Origin: a virus
Taxonomy: Duplodnaviria > Caudoviricetes
Length of the DNA: 48,440 nt
Strand: one strand, 5' to 3'
Virus record (IMG/VR): IMGVR_UViG_3300017553_000002
Coordinates: 1-48,440 of that record
Notes under the pieces: generated by a model
What the model saw: only the letters and a program-made list of their open reading frames with translations
The model's database searches: none
What the model was told of the DNA's origin: nothing
Program-made: the position numbers and the translations under genes
Shown: in pieces, positions 1 to 9,091 of the stretch
How positions within the stretch are numbered: position 1 is the first letter of the stretch
How the letters are laid out: each line of letters opens with the position of its first letter

Positions 1-123
1 CTTACTGGCTTTACCCTCTTTAATCTCAACCATCCATTCTTCATAATGCTTAGGGTCGGTCTTAGCGGCTTTTTTCTGGGTGGTCTGCTTAGAAGGCGCT
101 TCCTTCTTTTTGGGATGTTCAGC
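1..123. repeat. Terminal direct repeat, copy 1 (circular-contig overlap)
   Basis: Bases 1-123 are identical to 48318-48440. Confidence 0.97.
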
Positions 124-312
124 ATCTTCGCTCTTTTGAACTTCGTTTGAGCCTTCAGATGCGTCGAAATCATCGTCGTCGTCATCATCACCACTGTTAT
201 CCAAATCCTGATCAATATCAGATTCGTTGTTGATAGGATCAGATATTACAGGATCCTTGACTGTGGTTTTAGTCGTTTTGGCCGTCTTAGCGGCTTTTTT
301 CTGGGTGGTCAT
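1..312 (-). CDS. 5' part of a junction-spanning 144-aa acidic/Lys-rich protein (continues at 48317..48195)
   Basis: ATG at 312, MTTQKKAAKTAK...DDDDDDDF...KEGKASK, continuing across the junction as LKKLRDNVK...YFKPGQD-stop; lies between portal and scaffold genes; absent from the ORF track. Confidence 0.8.
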   Translation of the reverse strand, partial: MTTQKKAAKTAKTTKTTVKDPVISDPINNESDIDQDLDNSGDDDDDDDFDASEGSNEVQKSEDAEHPKKKEAPSKQTTQKKAAKTDPKHYEEWMVEIKEGKASK

Positions 313-341
313 AAAAACTGTTTTTAAGTTAGAAAAAGAAT

Positions 342-2075
342 TTAAGCGGTCAGTCGTTTTTGTTCTTCAGGTTCAGGCAAGGTAATGCCAGAGACATAAG
401 CACTCAGCTGATCATTTAACTGATCGCTGGTAAAGCTGATCAGCATGGCCTGGGTAAGGGTTCGCTTCCAGTCTCCGAAGTACATTTTGCGCTTTAAGTA
501 GTCCTCATCATAGCCCAGGGCTTTTACCTGCTCTATTGTCCGGTGTATATTTGGCTCAACCTTCATAAGTTTTACCTTAATGGCCAGCTCTATGGGGTCA
601 TTGAAGTACACCGATTCGTAGTATTCAACCAGCATGGCATCCAGAGCGGTATCGCTGGCACCGCTGGATTTAGCTTTCTGGTATTTGTCCCAGAGGGCTT
701 CCGGAGATTCCAGCATATACCTGGTACCGTAATTCACGGAGGCGCCGGAGTAGTTTATGTCGATCTGGAGCCGGATAATGCTATCCATACAGAATTTATG
801 GACCTTTTCGGCATAACTGGAGATGGTAAGTAACCGGTCGGCCTGAGGCTTGATATCTGTCAAGGCTTCAGTAGCCGTCTTTGTCTGACCATCTTTGCTG
901 ACAGACATTCCGTTGGTCTGGATCTTGGGTACCATGCCCCAGATGGTATAAGCCATGATATCCTCTAACATGGAGAGGTCGGCCACGGCAATCTCATGGA
1001 AGTTAATGGACGGCTCAATATAGCCTCCTACGTGTGGCGTGATAGTCGCATCGTTTTTGTCCTGGGGGAGATTGAGCAAATGAACGTCACTGACCTTAGT
1101 CATGGGCCTATGGCCTGATCCTTTACATTCTGGACATTGCTGGGCTTCAACCCATCCAGTCCCTTCACACTTATCACAATCATTGGCATATTCCCAGTAT
1201 TTGGGGAAGCCGTGCATGAAGTCGTGGGTGACTTTGATGGATCCTTTCACCAGGAACTTATTTGCCTGCTCAATGATCGGGTCAAAGATGGAGATCACGC
1301 CCTGGTTATGTTCTGTATCCGGAATATTGCCACAAAGGATAGCGGGCACCTGTGTAAAGTAGTTTGGAAGGGTCAGTTCTTCAATTATGGCAAATTCACT
1401 AATGACTTCAGTGCCGTTTTTAAGTGTGTTTACGCCAGATTGGCGTTTTACGATATAATCAGCAGAATCATCTACTACGCGGTAATATTGGCCCTCTTCT
1501 GTGATGCCCATAGCCTTTAAATCCTTTTTATCCAGGGAGAAAACAACATATTCAACTGTCTGGCCATTCACCAGGTAATCGAAAACGGTCTGGATAGACT
1601 TATAAGTGGGGTAAACGAATGATTTACCCTGGCTCTGGAGGCGGGCAGCTTCCGGATTAGGTTTGATCTCCATAAAGATCAACCCCGCCGGATCATCTTT
1701 ATAATGTTGCATCCAGTTCGTTTCCATCCATTTTTTAAGGGAGATGCCGCCGCCAATATCGGATAGCAGTTGCCGGGCCTTTCTTTCGCCGGCTTCGGGT
1801 AGGTTATAGTACACTGATCCGCCCCTGGCGGTATAGACTTTATCCATGGGCCGGGATAGACGGTTAAACAGGTCTTTATTGGCAGTGGCATATTGTATCC
1901 GGAGCTTATGCAGGACGTCGGTCTCGAAATCATCTATTTTACGGAGCACACCTTTCAGGTCCTCTCCATAAAAATGGGTTCTCAATGCCTTGTTGTACTT
2001 TTTGGCGTTCTGTACCAGGTCCTTATTAGGATTCTCGGTCAGGATTCTTTTAATGTCATCAATGTTAAGTATCAT
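342..2075 (-). CDS. Portal protein with inserted CxxCxGxG zinc finger
   Basis: 577 aa directly after terL; portal-like KTATE motif; CDKCEGTG...CPECKGSG insert. Confidence 0.8.
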   Translation of the reverse strand: MILNIDDIKRILTENPNKDLVQNAKKYNKALRTHFYGEDLKGVLRKIDDFETDVLHKLRIQYATANKDLFNRLSRPMDKVYTARGGSVYYNLPEAGERKARQLLSDIGGGISLKKWMETNWMQHYKDDPAGLIFMEIKPNPEAARLQSQGKSFVYPTYKSIQTVFDYLVNGQTVEYVVFSLDKKDLKAMGITEEGQYYRVVDDSADYIVKRQSGVNTLKNGTEVISEFAIIEELTLPNYFTQVPAILCGNIPDTEHNQGVISIFDPIIEQANKFLVKGSIKVTHDFMHGFPKYWEYANDCDKCEGTGWVEAQQCPECKGSGHRPMTKVSDVHLLNLPQDKNDATITPHVGGYIEPSINFHEIAVADLSMLEDIMAYTIWGMVPKIQTNGMSVSKDGQTKTATEALTDIKPQADRLLTISSYAEKVHKFCMDSIIRLQIDINYSGASVNYGTRYMLESPEALWDKYQKAKSSGASDTALDAMLVEYYESVYFNDPIELAIKVKLMKVEPNIHRTIEQVKALGYDEDYLKRKMYFGDWKRTLTQAMLISFTSDQLNDQLSAYVSGITLPEPEEQKRLTA

Positions 2076-2085
2076 GGCTTTATGA

Positions 2086-3558
2086 TTATGCCGCTGTGGA
2101 CCGGCGTCGTTTACGTTTATTTTTATAGATCAAATATTCCCTTTTCAGGATGGTTATGATAAAATACCTTTTGGCATCGCTAAAATGGCCGTGTGGCTCA
2201 TATGAGATGCCCTTCTCTTTGTCCTCAACTCGTTTCTTCAATACATGCCCGTTCATATCCTCCTTGGTCATGCAGTAATCATCAATGCTGGTCCGGCAAG
2301 TCTGGGAAATCTCAATGGACCATCCATCCAGATTGGATTCATAGATCTCATTGATAAAATCAGCAGAGATGGATACCTGGGGCGCTGATTTCTGTACTCT
2401 GTCAATTATTACCCACCTTTGTTGATGCAATACGCCAAAGAACTTGTCAAAGAAGGAGCGGCCCTCGTCATCCACTGTACTTTTGGCTTTGGCCGATGGA
2501 TCCCCATATATGAAGATCTTATCGATAAATCCTATTTTCCTCAGCCATTCAGAAAACACCTTTGCCGCCTTGGCAGCGGTATTGTTGGGGTATTTACAGG
2601 GAAACTCCATGATCTGCCTTATTTTCCGCCTTTTGGTATCCACCTGCCATACGCTGATGGTAACATAGGGATGGACATTATTGTCCAGGGTAATATGGAT
2701 AGGTCCTGCCCGGTAGGGTGGTACCACTTTGACGTGTTTAGATTCGTCAAAGCATTTCCAGAACTCGGAACCCGTCCTTACCAGTCCCCATTCGCCCAGT
2801 CCGTAAATGCGGTAATCGTTTGGCTTATGGATCTTGTCATATTCGAAATCGGCAATTACGTGTTTATCCAGGTAACCAAATCCCTTTTTGGGATGGCCAA
2901 CGATCCAAAAGTTATCCCGGTACGTTACTTTGATCAATAAGGCATTCCCGGTTTCGTTTATACGGATAAAAGAGTAATCAGGATCCAGGCGGCAATATTT
3001 GGTAGGAGCCTGGACATCGGGATGGATATCGTGCCACTGCTCCAGGTCCAGCACTTCACTTTTAATCCAGTGCGTGGCTATGATCGGGTTCCAGTCACAG
3101 ATGATCTTCTGACCGGGCATCCCGCGTAAACGCTTCTTACCCTGTCCGAAGTCTGCATTGTCAAAGAGCGAAAATTCATTATAGTACAGGTATTTGTACC
3201 CTTTAAGTCCTTTTAGTTTCTCGGAGTTGTCAAGCCCTCTAAATCTGTGCTCAGCGCCATTGCTATAGCGAATCAGCCTTTTAATTGGTGCCTGTACCTC
3301 GTCAACCTTCAATTTTTCACCCACTTCTTTAAAATCCTTATAAACGCTGTCCTCGATATCGACCCCAAATTTTCTAAGGATCATCGATGAGGCATTATTT
3401 TGGACCGCTTCAACTGTCAGCGCCTGGGTGATCGAATAGGTTTTAGCTGCTGAGGATCCTCCATAGACATAAATAAAACGGATATCGTCCTGGGCCATCG
3501 CCCAACGGATCACCCAGTACAGTGGATTAAACAGATATGGATGGAACTCATACTGCAT
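2086..3558 (-). CDS. terL: Terminase large subunit (PBSX-like)
   Basis: YVYGGSSAAKT Walker A, YLYYNE Walker B, ICDWNP motif, C-terminal nuclease (YGDPS, HFSDAKRY). Confidence 0.93.
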   Translation of the reverse strand: MQYEFHPYLFNPLYWVIRWAMAQDDIRFIYVYGGSSAAKTYSITQALTVEAVQNNASSMILRKFGVDIEDSVYKDFKEVGEKLKVDEVQAPIKRLIRYSNGAEHRFRGLDNSEKLKGLKGYKYLYYNEFSLFDNADFGQGKKRLRGMPGQKIICDWNPIIATHWIKSEVLDLEQWHDIHPDVQAPTKYCRLDPDYSFIRINETGNALLIKVTYRDNFWIVGHPKKGFGYLDKHVIADFEYDKIHKPNDYRIYGLGEWGLVRTGSEFWKCFDESKHVKVVPPYRAGPIHITLDNNVHPYVTISVWQVDTKRRKIRQIMEFPCKYPNNTAAKAAKVFSEWLRKIGFIDKIFIYGDPSAKAKSTVDDEGRSFFDKFFGVLHQQRWVIIDRVQKSAPQVSISADFINEIYESNLDGWSIEISQTCRTSIDDYCMTKEDMNGHVLKKRVEDKEKGISYEPHGHFSDAKRYFIITILKREYLIYKNKRKRRRSTAA

Positions 3559-4187
3559 TATTCATCGTCTTCCTCCTCATCGACAGGAGTATAACCCACC
3601 ACAATTTTTTCAGTTTTCTGCTTATTGTCGATCTCGAACATACCCTTATGCTTCATTACTAGCTCTATGGCTTTTACTTTATCAAAGGTTTTAAACTCAA
3701 TACCTCCTTCCTTGCATGGCTTTATGGAAGAAAGCGCCCCAATCTTATCCGGGTCAATCAGGTCTGTATCGAGAATTTCAATCTGTTGCTCCAGGTAGGT
3801 TTCTTCTACTTCCTCGAATTGTGGTCCTTTATTTTCATTATCACCCTCATTGTTCTCATTTTCAGTAATTTGTTTAACTCGAGTTACAATTCTAGTTTTT
3901 TCTACAGTCCTGATTTTGGCGAAATCAGTAATACGGGCGCTGGCAACAGCCCAGGCTTCTCTTAGTACGGCATCAGCAGTAATTTCCAGTCTCTTAGCCC
4001 TTTCAGCCATTAATTCATCGATTCTGGCCTTTATCTTAGCATTTCTTAGCAGTTTATGCGCATTTACAGCAGCAGTGTTTTCGCTTTTAACTTTATACAC
4101 TGCTTTATAGGCCTTTGTGGCGTTAAGGTATTTATCGCTTACATATTCTTTGCAAAAAAGTTCGTGTTTGGCAGAAAGGTTTTTCAC
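3558..4187 (-). CDS. terS: Terminase small subunit
   Basis: FCKEY...NATKAYKAVY...AHKLLRNAKIKARI and DKVKAIELVMKHKGMF are typical Terminase_2 motifs; abuts terL. Confidence 0.92.
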   Translation of the reverse strand: MKNLSAKHELFCKEYVSDKYLNATKAYKAVYKVKSENTAAVNAHKLLRNAKIKARIDELMAERAKRLEITADAVLREAWAVASARITDFAKIRTVEKTRIVTRVKQITENENNEGDNENKGPQFEEVEETYLEQQIEILDTDLIDPDKIGALSSIKPCKEGGIEFKTFDKVKAIELVMKHKGMFEIDNKQKTEKIVVGYTPVDEEEDDE

Positions 4188-4190
4188 GAG

Positions 4191-4232
4191 TAACCGTATT
4201 GTTTACAACAAAAATAGTAAACATATCGGTTA
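4191..4232 (-). promoter_or_regulatory. Putative late promoter (-7 box TATTTTTG at 4216-4209) flanked by an imperfect 16-bp inverted repeat
   Basis: TAACCGTATTGTTTAC (4191-4206) and GTAAACATATCGGTTA (4217-4232), 13/16 complementary, just upstream of terS. Confidence 0.55.
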
Positions 4233-4250
4233 TTTATTGTAATTATTTAA

Positions 4251-4757
4251 TTATTCATCTGGGGCCTCAACCTCGGGGTATCCAGTATATACATATTCCA
4301 CCTTCGGCCATTTTCGTTTGCGAAGTGGTATAATTGTAGTTTTTTCGTTTCCAGTGATCATCAACTCTATTGCATAATTTATTATTTTTCCATCTTCAGT
4401 TTTTTCTGGGAAAACGCCATATCCATGATTTTTTATAATTTTTGGTTGTGAATTTGAAATTACGCCTGGGTATACCATAGGAAAAATTAAATCGTTTATA
4501 TCTATTATTTCAGTTTTTTTCCCTGATTCATCTATTTGTAGAACCCGAAAATCTGTATAATAAATTGGGCTAGATCCTTTAGTAGACAGGACTATTATTG
4601 CTTTGGATATTTGATCACCAGAATAAGGATCCATATCATATTCATCATGAATGTCCGCATATATTTTTCTTTCTATAAAAAATTTGTAGATTGCTATTGT
4701 AGGAAGAATTAGAGCAACAATCAGTGCTAATATTGATATAACTATTGGAGTGGACAT
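4251..4757 (-). CDS. Membrane-anchored hypothetical protein (moron)
   Basis: N-terminal hydrophobic helix; AT-rich; own promoter box. Confidence 0.7.
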   Translation of the reverse strand: MSTPIVISILALIVALILPTIAIYKFFIERKIYADIHDEYDMDPYSGDQISKAIIVLSTKGSSPIYYTDFRVLQIDESGKKTEIIDINDLIFPMVYPGVISNSQPKIIKNHGYGVFPEKTEDGKIINYAIELMITGNEKTTIIPLRKRKWPKVEYVYTGYPEVEAPDE

Positions 4758-4774
4758 AATTCGTTAGTTTTCAA

Positions 4775-4791
4775 CAAAAGTACTAAATTTG
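4775..4791. promoter_or_regulatory. Back-to-back Bacteroidota -7 promoter boxes
   Basis: CAAAAGTA (TACTTTTG on minus strand, 4775-4782) and TAAATTTG (plus strand, 4784-4791) between two divergent genes. Confidence 0.6.
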
Positions 4792-4801
4792 ATTAAAATT
4801 A

Positions 4802-5215
4802 ATGTTTATGACTACTACTGATTATATTGGAATGTATGGAGCTGTTTTGTCAACTATTATAGCACTTATAGGATTAATCAGGTATTTTAAAGGGCGTAAG
4901 ATACATGTTAGTTATAACGTGGATCCCTTCACGCCTGATAAAACTTTGCTGACCTTTTACACCAAGAATCCAGATCCTTATTTTGTTACTTATTTTTATT
5001 TCGAAAGGTTTGACAGGAAAAACAGGTATTTAGATGGTCTTGATCCGTTGACGGGTCATCAAGTCTTAATTACGGTACATAAAGGACTGTTGGGGCATTA
5101 TATTTTGAATGCCCCAGATCATATACCTTGTTGTAATAAAAATGAAGGTGAAAAGGTAATAATTAGGATTTTTTATGAAGGAAGACATAAATATAAGTCA
5201 TATAAAATAAGATGA
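4802..5215 (+). CDS. Membrane-anchored hypothetical protein (moron)
   Basis: N-terminal TM (IGMYGAVLSTIIALIGLI); AT-rich; opposite to the surrounding operon. Confidence 0.7.
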   Translation: MFMTTTDYIGMYGAVLSTIIALIGLIRYFKGRKIHVSYNVDPFTPDKTLLTFYTKNPDPYFVTYFYFERFDRKNRYLDGLDPLTGHQVLITVHKGLLGHYILNAPDHIPCCNKNEGEKVIIRIFYEGRHKYKSYKIR

Positions 5216-5644
5216 TTAGGATTCGTAAATATCTATCCCAAAGACTTTTTTCATCAGATTACGCTTCTTAAGATACTCCCGGGTCCTGTGCCCTTTGGTA
5301 TCCTCCACGATCCTCTGACCGGTCCTGGCATCCAGGTAAACGAAGTCAGCCACATACTTAAGGGAATGGGTACCACCTTCATTTAACTCGAACGGCACCT
5401 GGAGCTCCAGATGACCGATCTCGCCGGCCTTGAGTAATAAGAGCAGCTCCTTATACCTGGTGGCTTCCTTAGCCGAATCGAACACAATTCCATCAAATTC
5501 CGTCTTTTTATTACGGTATTTGGAAACTTTTGTACGTTTTTTGGAAATTTCCTCCTGTTCCTGGAATAATTCAGGGTTCAGCGCGGCACAAGGTTTTTTT
5601 TGGAGCTGCTCGAGGGTGAATGATATGGAATTACTTTTTTTCAT
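5216..5644 (-). CDS. DUF1064-family PD-(D/E)XK nuclease
   Basis: SKYRNKKTEFDGIVFDSAKEA...LELQVPFEL...YVADFVY...VEDTKG. Confidence 0.88.
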   Translation of the reverse strand: MKKSNSISFTLEQLQKKPCAALNPELFQEQEEISKKRTKVSKYRNKKTEFDGIVFDSAKEATRYKELLLLLKAGEIGHLELQVPFELNEGGTHSLKYVADFVYLDARTGQRIVEDTKGHRTREYLKKRNLMKKVFGIDIYES

Positions 5645-6063
5645 TACCAGGCTACATCAAATTCCCAAAAACTCAATTTACCTTTTACTTCCAGGATCGG
5701 TTCATCATACAGAACGGGATTTGCGAGTACCCAATTATAGACATACAGATTACCTTCCTTTTGCCAATCCTTTGATGCCATGCTTTTCTCTGCCCAAATG
5801 GAAGGGTGATTAAGAACACAATCCACGATATCTACCTCGCCGATAATAGCACCAAATGCCATCGTCCCTTCCATTGCTGTTTGGAGTACAGGCAGGGCTA
5901 ATCTGGTCTGGTCATCTGTCAAATCCACTTTAAACTTCCTTGGAGTTGATGCATGAATATAGATCCGTCCCCGGTAATTTGTTTTCCAGGTTCGGTTTTC
6001 AACATCTTTGATGCCATGGGCGATAAGCGATGCCCATGGCTGTTTTATGGTTAATGCTTTCAT
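5644..6063 (-). CDS. ASCH domain protein
   Basis: ALTIKQPWASLIAHGIKDVENRTW...RGRIYIHAS...GKLSFWEF. Confidence 0.92.
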   Translation of the reverse strand: MKALTIKQPWASLIAHGIKDVENRTWKTNYRGRIYIHASTPRKFKVDLTDDQTRLALPVLQTAMEGTMAFGAIIGEVDIVDCVLNHPSIWAEKSMASKDWQKEGNLYVYNWVLANPVLYDEPILEVKGKLSFWEFDVAW

Positions 6064-6065
6064 TT

Positions 6066-6317
6066 TTATTGAACTGTCTTTTTAATTGTTTCCAGTTTTG
6101 CTTCCAGCTGCCTGATTTTTTCATCTTTAGCAGCCAAAAGGCGTTTCTGGGTTACATAGGCCAGGGATGCCTGTTCGTATATTTCCTTTCCGCCAGCCTC
6201 CTTGCCCCGGTTAAATTCCTGTTCGCCATATTCAAGCATGGCGCCTATTACGATGCCGATACCTTCCGGCTGGTCGCCGATTTTATGTTCGCCTGCGATC
6301 TGCATTGCTGATTTCAT
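6066..6317 (-). CDS. Hypothetical protein (C-terminal coiled coil)
   Basis: In-operon ORF, closely spaced to the next gene. Confidence 0.6.
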   Translation of the reverse strand: MKSAMQIAGEHKIGDQPEGIGIVIGAMLEYGEQEFNRGKEAGGKEIYEQASLAYVTQKRLLAAKDEKIRQLEAKLETIKKTVQ

Positions 6318-6389
6318 CGTTTCTTACTGTTTTTTAGTTTGAAAGGCACCAGACGTTCAGAAAAACCGCTGATTGCCCAGGGCTTTCAA

Positions 6390-6881
6390 TTATTTTGCTG
6401 CTTCTTTAATGGTTAATAATGCCTGTCTGGTGGTTCTTAGGATTTCCGCCTGTTCGGCAATTGGCTTTTTGGCTATGGCCATCGCCAGCCGGTCAACCTC
6501 TTCATGCACACCCTCCACCATAGACTGGCGATGAGCTTCAACCTGAAGGGAGGCAGGTATCATACCTTCATCAGTTTTGAGATAGGGTTTTAGATAACCG
6601 CAGAAGAAACACCCGCTGAACCCTTCCAGGAAAACAACCTCGTTTCCGCCTTTGTCGATGTAACTATCTGTTTGACAGATCCAAATTTTGCCTTTATACT
6701 TTGGCAAGGTTGATTCTGCACAACCTTCCATAATTACTTTGTCTCCTTTTTTAAATGTATTGTTCATTTCTTTTTTTTGGGGCCGGAGCCGATTATAAAA
6801 ACGTAATCTGCTTCCTGATGCTCGCAATTCGTTTTTTATAGAAAATCTGACAGCTACGGATAAAAGCCTCTGTCTGATCAT
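6390..6881 (-). CDS. Hypothetical protein (true start probably the internal MNNTFKKGD)
   Basis: FKKGDKV motif common in small phage proteins; N-terminal part overlaps the upstream gene. Confidence 0.55.
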   Translation of the reverse strand: MIRQRLLSVAVRFSIKNELRASGSRLRFYNRLRPQKKEMNNTFKKGDKVIMEGCAESTLPKYKGKIWICQTDSYIDKGGNEVVFLEGFSGCFFCGYLKPYLKTDEGMIPASLQVEAHRQSMVEGVHEEVDRLAMAIAKKPIAEQAEILRTTRQALLTIKEAAK

Positions 6882-7050
6882 TTAATTCGTGTTGGCAATC
6901 AGAATTCATTACAATCCTATCAATATCCGACGGGTACCCCGTTTTTGTAGGGATTACCATAAAACAATCTTCCCACTCTTCGAGTTTCTGCTTGCACCGA
7001 TCAAGTTCCGCCATTAGCTCTTTTACCTTAGTGTAGTTTTCTACTAGCAT
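6793..7050 (-). CDS. Hypothetical protein
   Basis: In-operon ORF with A-rich leader. Confidence 0.55.
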   Translation of the reverse strand: MLVENYTKVKELMAELDRCKQKLEEWEDCFMVIPTKTGYPSDIDRIVMNSDCQHELNDQTEAFIRSCQIFYKKRIASIRKQITFL

Positions 7051-7154
7051 CGTATTTATTTTTTATGTTTAAAAAATGTTGCCACCGCTATGATTATCAT
7101 AACAGAAAATGCGATAACAGTGGCAATATTTAGGGGTACAATAACCATGGATTA

Positions 7155-7370
7155 TTAATTGAGGTGTTCAAATACTTCAATATTATCGGTCTCCTCATCA
7201 ATTTCTTCAACTACCCAGGTAGGAGTTACCTGGACATAACCCAGCCCATTTGCCTCACAATACTCCTGGGCGAGCTTCTGAGTGGGCGCTTCAATATAAG
7301 GACCGGCCCAAATTTTAATTTCCTGCGTTTTAGGGTCTTTGGCTATGACCTGTGTATACCATTTTCTCAT
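7155..7370 (-). CDS. Hypothetical protein
   Basis: In-operon ORF with protein-like composition. Confidence 0.6.
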   Translation of the reverse strand: MRKWYTQVIAKDPKTQEIKIWAGPYIEAPTQKLAQEYCEANGLGYVQVTPTWVVEEIDEETDNIEVFEHLN

Positions 7371-7414
7371 TTTTTAAATTGATTTGTGCCCGAAGGCAGA
7401 GTGATTATTTTTAA

Positions 7415-7645
7415 TTAAATAATCCCGTTTAATAAATCAACAGCTTGCTGGCCATAATGCTCCTGCAGCATTTGTTCGAGACTTTTATCCGGAGATTGAT
7501 GAATTTTTTCAAGGCGTTCGCATAAGGCAATTATGTCAATAACCGGGTATCCAAAGACTATCATTAGAAATCCATTCATAGGAACCTTAAAGCCTAGGAT
7601 TTTGCTAAGCTGCTGGATCTGCTGGTATATTTCTTTATTACTCAT
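7415..7645 (-). CDS. Hypothetical protein
   Basis: ATGA overlap with the recombinase stop. Confidence 0.6.
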   Translation of the reverse strand: MSNKEIYQQIQQLSKILGFKVPMNGFLMIVFGYPVIDIIALCERLEKIHQSPDKSLEQMLQEHYGQQAVDLLNGII

Positions 7646-8511
7646 GAAGCGTACCTTTTATTTACTTTCATTCCTCCATTTGCCTTTATCCGGATTCCCT
7701 GGTGGATCTCCGTGAACATATCATATAGCTCCACCCGTTTAGAGATGAAAGTGCGGTATGATGATTCAGACAGTTCCAGGTCCAGTTGCTTATTGCATCG
7801 GATCCTAATTTCTTTATAGTTTAGGCCATTTTGAATGGCATCCTTAACGATTTCCCGGTGCGGCTCAAGGATAGCCTGTTTTTGAATAGGTGTCTTTTTA
7901 GACGCCTCCAGACCTGAACTCACCAGGTATGCAGATAATGTAAGTCGGTGCACTTTGATGATTCTGGCAATGGCTGATATGGAAACCCTTTGTTTTCGGA
8001 GGGCAATAATCTTGTCCCGGTTCTTTTCGCATTTAGGATTGCCACCATCCCGGGTCCGGCCTATTGGGCGCCCTAAGATCATGCCCGCGTTCTTTTTGCG
8101 TTTTAGCGCTTCTTTGGTGCGTTCACTGATCATATTACGCTCGATCTCGGCGGCCAGAGAAAAAGCAAAAGCTAAGACCTTGCTTTGAATATTGTCTCCT
8201 AGTTCGTACCCATCCTTTACGGTATATACCTTAGCACCGACATTCATACAGTGTTCCAGGATTCGCATGATCATAAAAAGCTTACGGCCCAGTCTGGATA
8301 ATTCAGAGGTAATAATCACATCGCCCTCTTTAATTTTCTTCAGAAGTTTGCCAAGCTTACGTTCTTCAGGCTCCTTCGTACCGGAAATGCCGTCATCGGT
8401 GATATAGCTGTCGATGGACAAACCCAGTGACTCTGCTTTAAGTATCACTCCGGATTTCTGGTTTTCTGTGTCTTGTTTGTCGGTGCTAACGCGTATATAT
8501 CCGTATACCAT
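7642..8511 (-). CDS. Serine recombinase, Mpi-like DNA invertase/resolvase with extended C-terminus
   Basis: YGYIRVSTDKQ (catalytic Ser), ELSRLGR, GDNIQSKVLAFAF..AEIERNMISERTKEAL, LGRP, then an HTH. Confidence 0.9.
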   Translation of the reverse strand: MVYGYIRVSTDKQDTENQKSGVILKAESLGLSIDSYITDDGISGTKEPEERKLGKLLKKIKEGDVIITSELSRLGRKLFMIMRILEHCMNVGAKVYTVKDGYELGDNIQSKVLAFAFSLAAEIERNMISERTKEALKRKKNAGMILGRPIGRTRDGGNPKCEKNRDKIIALRKQRVSISAIARIIKVHRLTLSAYLVSSGLEASKKTPIQKQAILEPHREIVKDAIQNGLNYKEIRIRCNKQLDLELSESSYRTFISKRVELYDMFTEIHQGIRIKANGGMKVNKRYAS

Positions 8512-8524
8512 CTTCGAATTTTGA

Positions 8525-8923
8525 TTAATTAATTAGGGAATTAGTTAATAGTCCATATAATGTTCTGCTGCCCAATTTGGTGGGTTTCCCTGCAAGCAGG
8601 ACAGATGCAGATTGTTCCTTACACGTCACTGACTCAAAAATCTTTTTAGCCAGGTATGAGTTATTGAACGCCAGGCTAGTAGCATTTTTGTTTTTCCTGA
8701 TGGGAAATCCCCCGCTTTTTACTTTTTCAATATACCAGTCTGTGATCTCCTCTTCATCCTGATGAAAGGTTACTTGATCTTTTTCCTTGAGGCCTAATAA
8801 TTCTACAGCTCCCTTGTTGATGCTCAATAATCCGGATTTGGTATTAATTGTAATCTTCGGGCTGACGCTCTTTGCCCGATTTGGAGTTGTAATAGCGTCG
8901 AAAGTTTTTAAGTTCATAATCAA
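8525..8923 (-). CDS. Hypothetical protein
   Basis: In-operon 132-aa ORF. Confidence 0.65.
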   Translation of the reverse strand: MIMNLKTFDAITTPNRAKSVSPKITINTKSGLLSINKGAVELLGLKEKDQVTFHQDEEEITDWYIEKVKSGGFPIRKNKNATSLAFNNSYLAKKIFESVTCKEQSASVLLAGKPTKLGSRTLYGLLTNSLIN

Positions 8924-9091
8924 TTTTTGAAGATTTTAAAAATTAGGGGCGGAGTTAAAACATATTTTCCACGAGAATTAAAAGGATACCGCCCCAAAAA
9001 AGTGAATATTCATTGTTTGCTATTTCATTTTTACCTCCTTTTTGCTAAAGTTAGCTTTAAAAGTAAACAATATGGTTACTATTTCAATCAA

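Noticed and set aside
543-2940. Plus-strand ORFs opposite portal and terminase, and similar antisense ORFs elsewhere
   Set aside because: Shadow frames of well-supported minus-strand genes, with no motifs
4191-4232. Invertible promoter substrate for the serine recombinase
   Set aside because: The 10-bp spacer is too short for inversion and the arms are imperfect
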